Under the pieces are notes generated by a model that was given only the letters and a program-made list of their open reading frames with translations, searched no databases and had not been told where the DNA came from. From contig JBDGSE010000035.1 in NCBI GenBank assembly GCA_042217695.1, positions 1 to 13,180 of the forward strand: 13,180 nt of DNA, in the 5' to 3' direction. Position 1 is the stretch's first letter; each line of letters opens with the position of its first letter. The stretch comes from Candidatus Nanohaloarchaea archaeon. GTDB taxonomy: Archaea > Nanohalarchaeota > Nanosalinia > Nanosalinales > Nanosalinaceae. Positions 1 to 6,710 of this stretch are shown piece by piece. The position numbers were made by a program, and so were the translations under genes.

Positions 1-106
1 GCGGGGCACAGGCTACTGAAGGTTGCCTGTTAGTAGCATCGATTGTTTCGATGCGGGGCACAGATTGCCTCTGGCTATCTGTTTTTAGCATCGATGACCG
101 ATGCGG
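1..106. repeat. Tandem 52-nt-period repeat of two alternating hairpins (about 2 units visible, probably truncated by the window edge)
   Basis: GCGGGGCACAG at 1-11 and 53-63; TAGCATCGAT at 34-43 and 86-95; CGATGCGG at 49-56 and 99-106. Hairpin A at 8-30 and 60-82 (both 23 nt); hairpin B at 36-54 and 88-104. The period is not a multiple of 3. Confidence 0.85.
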
Positions 107-133
107 ACTATATTCTTGTTGTGAGGAGTAATC

Positions 134-141
134 GTTAAAAG
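134..141 (-). promoter_or_regulatory. TATA-like box possibly driving leftward transcription into the hairpin array
   Basis: Reads CTTTTAAC on the minus strand. The 21-24 nt spacing seen at other genes here would put a TSS near 111-113, just before the first hairpin. Orientation is ambiguous because the plus strand reads TTAAAA. Confidence 0.35.
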
Positions 142-206
142 AGGTTCCGGGGAGGTGGTAAGGGTTAAACCTCTGGAGCACCAATAATGTACCGGGGTGT
201 TTCTGG

Positions 207-401
207 ATGGGGGATGGAACAGAGGAGCTTGAATCGGATGAAAAATCGTTGCAGGACATTTTTGAGGACGTTGCGGGCGAGGACCACGTCGAAGTTGAGG
301 AGCGTTACGATGACGGCGGTATCGATTCCCGGGATCTCACAGGTTACGAGGAGGAAGAGGTCGACGTGGAGGACGATGCCGGTTACGAGGGTTTCACCTA
401 G
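207..401 (+). CDS. Small, very acidic hypothetical protein (64 aa)
   Basis: 27 of 64 residues are D/E, with GAN-rich codons like the real genes here. TATA-like GGTTAAAC at 163-170. Hairpin TTCACC/GGTGAA spans the stop codon. Confidence 0.7.
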   Translation: MGDGTEELESDEKSLQDIFEDVAGEDHVEVEERYDDGGIDSRDLTGYEEEEVDVEDDAGYEGFT

Positions 402-582
402 ATGGTGAACGCGGCGCCGATTTTGGATTAAAGCCGGGAGATGCCCGGTTAGAAACTACGTTTATCAGAAGTAGGTCCGGCCCGTGGGCTATGCTCCTGG
501 ATGGTCTCTTCCGATGAGACTTCGAAAACAGGTTTTCTGGCAGCCCAGGAAGCTCTTTAAGAGTTTCGTCCTTTCAGAAGTT

Positions 583-744
583 TCATCCGGCGAACTGGGC
601 GTTCTTCTTCCTGAGGTGGGGGTAGCCGCACTTCCTGCAGGTGGTGTCCTCCGGGTTATCGGTACGGTTCTTTGCGTTGCATCTCCTGCAGATGTAGACG
701 TTCTCGAATACTCTTTTCTGGGCCTCTTCAAATCTCTGCGCCAT
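583..744 (-). CDS. rpl40e: 50S ribosomal protein L40e (53 aa)
   Basis: Manual translation: MAQRFEEAQKRVFENVYICRRCNAKNRTDNPEDTTCRKCGYPHLRKKNAQFAG*. The F.EA..R...ICxRCNAxN...CRKCGYxxLRxK pattern is the archaeal L40e zinc ribbon. Too short for the ORF track. Confidence 0.95.
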   Translation of the reverse strand: MAQRFEEAQKRVFENVYICRRCNAKNRTDNPEDTTCRKCGYPHLRKKNAQFAG

Positions 745-838
745 TGGGGATCGACCTGTACCTGTAAGTGATACTTAGATTTAAGTAGGTAAAGCCGGGC
801 GGGAAACAGCTAAAAAACTGGTTCGGCCTTTCAAACCT

Positions 839-2134
839 GTGAAACCGGAAAAAGTTTTCAGGAGGTACGACATCCGGGGCGAGTATCCCGGGGAGGTGGA
901 TGAGGAGTTCGCCGAAAAACTTGGGAAGGCGCTCGGGACCTTTGTCCAGGATAACTCTGGCGAGAAAGTAGTGGTCGGGAGGGACAACAAGGAGTCCTCA
1001 GTTGAGCTAAAGGCGAAACTTGTGAAAGGACTGGTTTCCACCGGGGTAAAAGTTTACGATGCAGGTGAGGGCCCGACCGATTACCTTGCGTTCGCCGCCT
1101 CGAGTAAAAACGCGGTGGGTGTCCAGGTCACGTCGTCGCACATGCCGCTGGATTTCAACGGCTTCAAGTTCGTCTACCCGGAGGGCAACGGCTTCGTGAA
1201 CGAGGATCTATACGAGGTGCAGGACCTTTTCCGTGCGGGAGACTTCGTTGAAGGAGATGGCTCGGTTACAGGTGACAGCCTCCGGGAAGAGTACCGGGAA
1301 CAGCTGAAATCGTACTTCGAAAGGTTTTTCGACTCCATTGAGAAGAAAGTGGTTGTCGACACTCTGGGAGGTGCCGCGACCGGTTTCCTGCCCGACCTAC
1401 TTGAGGAGCTTGGCGCCGAGGTTATCGATGTCTCCTCGGAGAGGAAAGGTTTCCACGTGGACCCGCCTGAACCAAGGCCGGAGCTGCTGGAACACGTTGA
1501 AAGCCGGGTCGAAAAGGAGGACGCGGACCTTGCCGTTGCGACGGACCTGGATGCCGACCGCATCGCCCTTTACTTCGATGGAGGATGGGTCTCCGGCGAC
1601 GACCTGTTCGCGCTGTTCGCTGAGATGCTGGATGGTGACGTGGTGGCTTCGGTCGATACCTCTCCCGCGGTGGAGGAGGTCGTGGAATCCCGAGGGAGCA
1701 GCATATACTACACGCGAGTTGGTGACCCTTTCGTGGTCTCCCGGATGATAGAGGAGGAAGCCGAACTTTCAGGCGAGCCGAACGGACACTACTGCTTCCC
1801 GGGGTTTGTGAACTATAACTCCGGCACGCTTGCAGGACTTTTACTGGCGGGTATGGACCTTGAAGAGAGACTTGACGCGGTTCCGGGATACTTCACCGAG
1901 AGGAGGAGTGTGGAGGTGGATGACAGAGAGAGGGTCATGGATGAAGTGAGGGAGCACGCACGGGAAGAGCACGATGTTACAGACGAGAAAGACGGCGTGA
2001 AGTTTGCGGTGGGGGACGCCACGGTGCTGGTACGGCCCTCCGGTTCGTCGCCTGTTGTAAGGATAATCGCACAGTCCCGGGACGAGAGGAATGCAGAAGA
2101 AGCGGCGGAGGAAGTCGCGGGGATCATCCGGTAG
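839..2134 (+). CDS. Phosphomannomutase/phosphoglucomutase (alpha-D-phosphohexomutase family)
   Basis: N-terminal FRRYDIRG, VGRD, phosphoserine loop TSSHMP..FNGFK, metal loop DLDADR, sugar-binding GEPNGH and C-terminal VRPSGS. GTG start. Confidence 0.95.
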   Translation: MKPEKVFRRYDIRGEYPGEVDEEFAEKLGKALGTFVQDNSGEKVVVGRDNKESSVELKAKLVKGLVSTGVKVYDAGEGPTDYLAFAASSKNAVGVQVTSSHMPLDFNGFKFVYPEGNGFVNEDLYEVQDLFRAGDFVEGDGSVTGDSLREEYREQLKSYFERFFDSIEKKVVVDTLGGAATGFLPDLLEELGAEVIDVSSERKGFHVDPPEPRPELLEHVESRVEKEDADLAVATDLDADRIALYFDGGWVSGDDLFALFAEMLDGDVVASVDTSPAVEEVVESRGSSIYYTRVGDPFVVSRMIEEEAELSGEPNGHYCFPGFVNYNSGTLAGLLLAGMDLEERLDAVPGYFTERRSVEVDDRERVMDEVREHAREEHDVTDEKDGVKFAVGDATVLVRPSGSSPVVRIIAQSRDERNAEEAAEEVAGIIR

Positions 2135-2171
2135 CCCAAAGCTATTATAGGGCGAGCACACTCCTTTCTCT

Positions 2172-2711
2172 ATGCCCTCGATGGAAGCGCTGACTCGCTG
2201 GGTTACAGGGGTCTATGGCACGCCTCTCGACACTCTAATGGTTTTATCGGCAGAGTACGCGGTTTTTCTCTCGTTCGTGGTTCTGGCGTACATGTGGTTT
2301 TCGGGTGAAAGAGATGCGGTGGCGCTGGCGATGTACACCGGTGTCGCGGGAGTCCTCATGTCTTACGCCATGGGTCTTCTCTACAGCCATCCCGGGCCCT
2401 ACACGGTTCTGGATACGCTGCTCTCGGACCCGGCCGGGGAGAACACGTTCCCCAGCCAGCACACTGCCCTGGCTTTCTCGCTGGCCTTCGCCGTCCTGAA
2501 AAGGAGGCCGGGTTACGGCTATGCGCTGGCAGTATTCGCCGTTCTGACGGGGCTGGGGCGGTTTTACACCGGGCTTCACTGGCCTCTCGATATCTTCGGG
2601 GCGTTACTGGCGTCTGGTATCGCGTATCTACTCGTGAACCTCCTCGAGAAACCGCTCATGGAGTTTTCCCGGCCGTTCATCGAGTTATACGAAAAGTACT
2701 CGCCTGTCTAG
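2172..2711 (+). CDS. PAP2-family membrane phosphatase (polyprenyl-diphosphate phosphatase-like)
   Basis: Hydrophobic protein with FPSQH (C2-like) and GRFYTGLHWPLD (C3, RxxxxxHxxxD) motifs. TATTATA at 2143-2149. Confidence 0.88.
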   Translation: MPSMEALTRWVTGVYGTPLDTLMVLSAEYAVFLSFVVLAYMWFSGERDAVALAMYTGVAGVLMSYAMGLLYSHPGPYTVLDTLLSDPAGENTFPSQHTALAFSLAFAVLKRRPGYGYALAVFAVLTGLGRFYTGLHWPLDIFGALLASGIAYLLVNLLEKPLMEFSRPFIELYEKYSPV

Positions 2712-2777
2712 ACCACGTCTCTCCCACGTTGATTTTTAATTCTGGAGCGTGAATCTCTGGTGTGGTCCAGATGAAGG

Positions 2778-3113
2778 GTGGCTACGATCACCTCTCCAGA
2801 AGGAGAGGGCGCTCAAGCAGATATCCCGGAGGGAGAATCTGCGGCGTTCACTTGCAAAGAACAGTTTAAAGACTTCAAAACCTGTAGACACAGTTCCAGC
2901 TTTTCTGCGACTCTCGACTCGAAGGGCCGGGTAACCGTGCCCGCGGAGATACGTAAACGTTTCGGCCTGGAGAAGGGCGACAGGGTGTCGCTCGAGCTAT
3001 CCCGTGTTCTGTTGCGGGTGGAGGTCGAACGGAGGGAAGCATTGGGAATCATCCGGGAGCTTGACGCGGAGGAGTTCCGTTATTCTGACGGTACGCTGGA
3101 GGTGGTTCGATGA
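2778..3113 (+). CDS. AbrB/MazE/SpoVT-family DNA-binding protein
   Basis: ATLDSKGRVTVPAEIRKRFGLEKGDRV is the swapped-hairpin signature. The start is uncertain: GTG 2778 is the only in-frame start upstream of the domain. Confidence 0.85.
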   Translation: MATITSPEGEGAQADIPEGESAAFTCKEQFKDFKTCRHSSSFSATLDSKGRVTVPAEIRKRFGLEKGDRVSLELSRVLLRVEVERREALGIIRELDAEEFRYSDGTLEVVR

Positions 3114-3160
3114 ATTATTTAACGTCTCAGGCCGAAGGAAACGATACGAGGCAGGAAAAC

Positions 3161-4456
3161 ATGGAGGTCAAAGGATTGAAAGGGTTCTACGACCGGTACC
3201 CCGGTGAGCAGAAATCATGGCGAAAACTTATCGATACCGTGGAGGAGACAGCGAAGGAGTTCGGTTTCCGCGAGATAAACACGCCGAACGTTGAGAGAAC
3301 GGAGCTTTACCGGGTGAAGTCCGGCGACGAACTGCTGGATCAGACCTACAGCTTCGAGGACAAGGGCGGGAGAGAAGTAACGCTGATACCGGAGCAGACG
3401 CCTACCCGCGCGAGGATGGTGCAGCAGAGAAAGGACCTGAAGACTCCGATCAAGTGGTTCGATACCTCGAAACGCTGGAGGTACGAAGAGGTTCAACGTG
3501 GACGCGACCGTGAATTCCTGCAGGGAGATTTCGACATCTTCGGTGTCGAGTCCGTGGAGGCCGAGGCCGAGATCATCGCCGCCGCCGCGACTATATACAG
3601 GAAACTTGACCTGGATTCCCGGGTAAAGTTTCTGGTGAACGACCGTCAGCTGCTGGAATCCATACTTGAGTCGCACGGCATAGAAGAGACGGAAGAAGTT
3701 CTCTCGGCGGTGGACGACAAGGAAAAGATGTCCCGTGAGGAGTTCCTGGAGGAGCTCGAGGATGCGGGCCTGGACAGGGAACAGGCGGAAGATGTGGACT
3801 CGATAACCTCTATCTCCGGGCCTATCGCGGAGACCGTTGAACGTGTACGGAAAGAAGCGCCAGAGGAGGCCATGGAAACTGTCGAGAGGCTGGAGTCTCT
3901 CGCGGATGCACTCGAGGCGTACGGGGTCGAGGAGATGTGTGAACTTGACCTCTCCATTTACAGGGGACTGGCTTACTACACCGGGCTGGTGTTCGAGGCC
4001 TTCGACGCCGAGGGCGAACTGCGGGCACTGTTCGGCGGCGGCCGTTACGACGACCTGGTCGGGTTGTTCGGTTCGCGTGAAGTTCCTGCGGTCGGTTTCG
4101 CGTTCGGTTACTCGCCCACGGTCGAACTACTGAAGAAGGAGGACCGGTGGCCCATCGCTGAAACCGAGACCGACGTCTACGTTCTCAGCGTCTCCGAAAG
4201 CGTAAGAGACCAGGCCATGGAGTACGCAGCCGCTTTGAGAGGTAAAGGGCTCGTGGTAGAGACCGACCTCTCCGGAAGAAGCTTCGGCAAGCAGCTTTCC
4301 TATGCCGATTCGATCAACTCGGAGAGAGTTCTCATCGTGGGTGAGCGCGACCTGGAAAACGGAGAGGTCACGATGAAGCACATGGGCTCGGGCGAGGAGG
4401 AGAACATTCCGGAGGATGGGGTCCTTGAACACCTCGAATCCGAGGGCGTCATCTAG
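3161..4456 (+). CDS. hisS: Histidine--tRNA ligase
   Basis: KGFYD, TLIPEQTP, motif 2 WRYEEVQRGRDREFLQ, RGLAYYTG, GGGRYDDL and a C-terminal anticodon-binding domain. ATG 3161 is preferred because it matches the usual HisRS N-terminus. The ORF can extend to ATG 3110, overlapping the AbrB stop. Confidence 0.97.
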   Translation: MEVKGLKGFYDRYPGEQKSWRKLIDTVEETAKEFGFREINTPNVERTELYRVKSGDELLDQTYSFEDKGGREVTLIPEQTPTRARMVQQRKDLKTPIKWFDTSKRWRYEEVQRGRDREFLQGDFDIFGVESVEAEAEIIAAAATIYRKLDLDSRVKFLVNDRQLLESILESHGIEETEEVLSAVDDKEKMSREEFLEELEDAGLDREQAEDVDSITSISGPIAETVERVRKEAPEEAMETVERLESLADALEAYGVEEMCELDLSIYRGLAYYTGLVFEAFDAEGELRALFGGGRYDDLVGLFGSREVPAVGFAFGYSPTVELLKKEDRWPIAETETDVYVLSVSESVRDQAMEYAAALRGKGLVVETDLSGRSFGKQLSYADSINSERVLIVGERDLENGEVTMKHMGSGEEENIPEDGVLEHLESEGVI

Positions 4457-5085
4457 TAGCCGTCGGTCAGGTCGATATAGCCTTTTACCAGTTTTATGGG
4501 TGGATAGCGGAGCCTGTGCCATGCATGACCCAGGACGCCTCTATCCTCTTCCCGTTCCTCCACGACCTTCCGGGCCTTCTCCTCTCCCATCTTCTTCAGG
4601 GCGTAGATTTCCGCGTATCCCTCGTCCGCCCAGAACACGAGACCGAAGCAGGCCGTGAACACCGCTGCAAGAGGGAAGAAGTATAGCACGGAGAGAACGG
4701 CCGCCACCGTTGAATACTGCAGCATCAGCAGGGGCGTGGAGATAAGTGCCAGCGCCGAGAACATGGCTCCGGCCGCCGTTAAAAGCACCAGAGGGTAGAA
4801 AACTGCAGTCCAGAACCTGCTGACGGTTTTGTGCCCGTATTCGTGGAGGAAAACGTATTCTTCCATCAGGTCGGAGTCTATCCGGCCCTGGTTCATCGCT
4901 ATAACGTTGTTTACCAGTGTCTTGCCCCGGGGAGCGCTGTCCGAGTCGTCGGAGAACCAGTAGACCGTTTCCTCTACACCGCTGTAGGATACCTGTTCCA
5001 CTTCCTCGAGATCTCTACGTCCAAGTTTCAGGAGCAAGACGGTAAGGAAGTGGTTGAGGCTTGATAGAGCGCTCTGATCGGGCAT
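4453..5085 (-). CDS. Putative membrane zinc metalloprotease (M48/M56-like, HExxH)
   Basis: FLHEYGH at 4831-4845, two hydrophobic helices, ADEGYAE (candidate third Zn ligand) and a late RYPP. ATG 5085 is chosen because ATTAATA at 5107-5113 fits the spacing and it avoids overlap with the next gene. Confidence 0.7.
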   Translation of the reverse strand: MPDQSALSSLNHFLTVLLLKLGRRDLEEVEQVSYSGVEETVYWFSDDSDSAPRGKTLVNNVIAMNQGRIDSDLMEEYVFLHEYGHKTVSRFWTAVFYPLVLLTAAGAMFSALALISTPLLMLQYSTVAAVLSVLYFFPLAAVFTACFGLVFWADEGYAEIYALKKMGEEKARKVVEEREEDRGVLGHAWHRLRYPPIKLVKGYIDLTDGY

Positions 5086-5129
5086 GTATACCAGAGGATG
5101 CCGGAGATTAATACGATTTTTCCCGTGTC

Positions 5130-5519
5130 TCAGGCCTGACTGAAATCCGCCAGGCTCTGCTGTTTCTCTTCCTGTTCCTCCAGGAAGAAGTTGTACTCCC
5201 TGACGATCCACCGCACGAGAAGGTTCACTACCGAGTCCACCTGTCGGTCAGTCATCGTCTTGCCCGCAGGGATTCTATGGGCGCGGGAAAGGTTCTTCCT
5301 TGAATCGGCGTGGCAGGCATGCATCGCCTTGTAGACAGGGTTGCCGGCCCGTGGTGTCTGCGAACCATCGTTCTCCGGCTGTTCTCTTAGCTTCGTCTCA
5401 ACGATGGACCTCGCCTGTTCCTTGATGCCTGCGATACCTATATCCTGTATCAGTGCGATGTCCTCGTCGGTGAGCCGTGGCTTGGACTCGTCTCTTCCCG
5501 GGAGTTTCAGCTTTCTCAT
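5130..5519 (-). CDS. DUF4186-family protein with C-terminal PIP-box-like motif
   Basis: PENDGSQTP.AGNPVYKAMHA...H.IP.G...T..Q.D..V.L..RWI matches the recalled DUF4186 pattern NDGKQTP..GHPVF.AQHA. The protein ends QQSLADFSQA. Confidence 0.82.
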   Translation of the reverse strand: MRKLKLPGRDESKPRLTDEDIALIQDIGIAGIKEQARSIVETKLREQPENDGSQTPRAGNPVYKAMHACHADSRKNLSRAHRIPAGKTMTDRQVDSVVNLLVRWIVREYNFFLEEQEEKQQSLADFSQA

Positions 5520-5600
5520 ATAGATAGAACGTAAATCGAATGTTTTAAGACTAATTTAAACCCCTGCCCCGGGAGAAAAAGGATTAAAAACCTCTATACG

Positions 5601-5623
5601 GCGTCTAAAACCGTTTTAGAGGC
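5601..5623. promoter_or_regulatory. Palindrome, candidate transcription-factor operator
   Basis: TCTAAAAC-C-GTTTTAGA at 5604-5620 is a perfect 8-1-8 inverted repeat, extendable by GC/GC after one mismatch. Confidence 0.35.
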
Positions 5624-5699
5624 GGGCGAGGAGGATTTCCTTCCTGCCGAAGAAGCCTGCCCGGTGATGTTCCCCTGTCTGCAGGATAGACAGATCGGT

Positions 5700-6710
5700 T
5701 CAGGGCATCAGGACCGCCCTGAACCTGACATCGCCGTTCATCATGTCTTCATAGGCCTTTTCGTAGTCCTCCAGGTCGTACCGCTCTATCTCCGGGGTTA
5801 TTCCTTCCCGGGCGGAGAACTCCAGGGTGTCCTGGCTGTCTCTGGCGGTTCCGGAGGAGTGGCCCGAGACGGAGGCGCTTTTCGCCACCAGCTGTCCGAC
5901 CGACAGCTCTATATCCTTTCCCGGCACTCCGACTACAGTGGCCTCACCCTCAACACCAAGGCCTTCTATACCGTTCTCTATGGCCTCCTTTACCGGCGCG
6001 GTGGAGAGGAGGGCGTCGGCTCCGCCGAGTTCCTGGAGTCTCTGGGAGACGTCTTCCCTGCTCGAGTTGATGAAATGGTCTGCCCCGAGCTCTCTTGCGT
6101 AATCCTCTTTGTCGCTGTGGCTGATAGCCACTGTCTCGTAGCCGGAATCCGATGCGTACTGTACCCCGAGGTGGCCGAGCCCGCCTATCCCGAGTACTGC
6201 AACGGTGTCTCCCGGGTCCAGGTCGGTGTGTCTCAGGCCGTTGAAGGTCGTGACTCCGGCGCACATAAGTGGTGCGGCCTCTGGCGAATCAAGTTCTTCA
6301 GGCACTTCTGCCAGTGCTTCCTGTCTCGCAGCCATGTACTCGGCATGGCCTCCATCCCTTGTCAGGCCGGTGATCTCCTGGTTTTCGCACTTGATAAAGT
6401 TTCCTCGCCGGCACTGCTCGCAGTGGAAGCAGTGGCCGCCGTGCCAGCCCACGCCGACTCTTTCTCCTTCGTCCCAGCCACTGACCTCTGCACCGGTCTC
6501 ATCTATGACACCGATGACCTCGTGGCCGGGAGTCCTGGGGAACTCTGCCTCTGGCCGTGAACCCTCGACCGCGTACTTGTCGCTGTGGCATACACTGGAG
6601 GCCTCGACCTCTATCAGGACCTCCTCTGGTCCCGGTTCAGGTTTTTCCACCTCCTGTATCTCGATTTCACCTGGCGATGTAACGACTGCTGCTTTCATTT
6701 TTTCTGACAT
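5700..6710 (-). CDS. adhP: Zinc-dependent alcohol dehydrogenase (MDR family, AdhP-like)
   Basis: VCHSD, PGHEVIG, structural Zn site CFHCEQCRRGNFIKC, PLMCAGVT, GIGGLG Rossmann motif and terminal RFRAVL. Shine-Dalgarno-like GAGGTG at 6718-6723. Confidence 0.93.
   Translation of the reverse strand: MSEKMKAAVVTSPGEIEIQEVEKPEPGPEEVLIEVEASSVCHSDKYAVEGSRPEAEFPRTPGHEVIGVIDETGAEVSGWDEGERVGVGWHGGHCFHCEQCRRGNFIKCENQEITGLTRDGGHAEYMAARQEALAEVPEELDSPEAAPLMCAGVTTFNGLRHTDLDPGDTVAVLGIGGLGHLGVQYASDSGYETVAISHSDKEDYARELGADHFINSSREDVSQRLQELGGADALLSTAPVKEAIENGIEGLGVEGEATVVGVPGKDIELSVGQLVAKSASVSGHSSGTARDSQDTLEFSAREGITPEIERYDLEDYEKAYEDMMNGDVRFRAVLMP

Noticed and set aside
1..91. Minus-strand reading frame MLKTDSQRQSVPRIETIDATNRQPSVACAP running off the edge
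   Set aside because: Not acidic, and the 52-nt period breaks frame between units. Base-pair covariation explains the sequence better.
1..106. CRISPR array or TIGR-like guide array interpretation
   Set aside because: The variable segments are self-complementary and short, there are no unique 30-40 nt spacers, no clear repeated box C/D motifs, and no cas or Nop-domain gene in the window.
486..547. tRNA-like look (GGGCT...AGCCCA ends, TTCGAA)
   Set aside because: Only about 62 nt, with no proper 7-bp acceptor stem, D arm or T arm.
563..589. Hammerhead-like string CGGATGA...GAAAGGACGAAAC on the minus strand
   Set aside because: The core is not CUGANGA, stem II is mismatched, and no convincing stems I and III were found.
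484..771. ORFs 484-771 (+) and 489-731 (-)
   Set aside because: Antisense and alternate-frame shadows of rpl40e (583-744).
2817..2842. Resemblance to SRP RNA helix 8 (CCC-GGA-GGGAG)
   Set aside because: Lacks the GNRA tetraloop and CAGG/AGCA internal loop, and there is no room for a full archaeal SRP RNA.
5086..5211. N-terminal extension of ORF 4453-5211
   Set aside because: Overlaps the DUF4186 gene and has atypical composition. A TATA-like box supports ATG 5085 instead.
5619..5701. Glycine-riboswitch-like motif order (GCGGGCGAG...GCCGAAGAAGC...GCAGG)
   Set aside because: The key GGAGA and UCAGG elements and P3 pairing are mismatched, and no sense gene lies downstream.
5664..6560. Long antisense ORF (also 6854-7843, 3215-3676, 10035-10652 and 10872-11528)
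   Set aside because: Antisense shadows of well-supported acidic genes, expected from codon bias, with no recognisable motifs.
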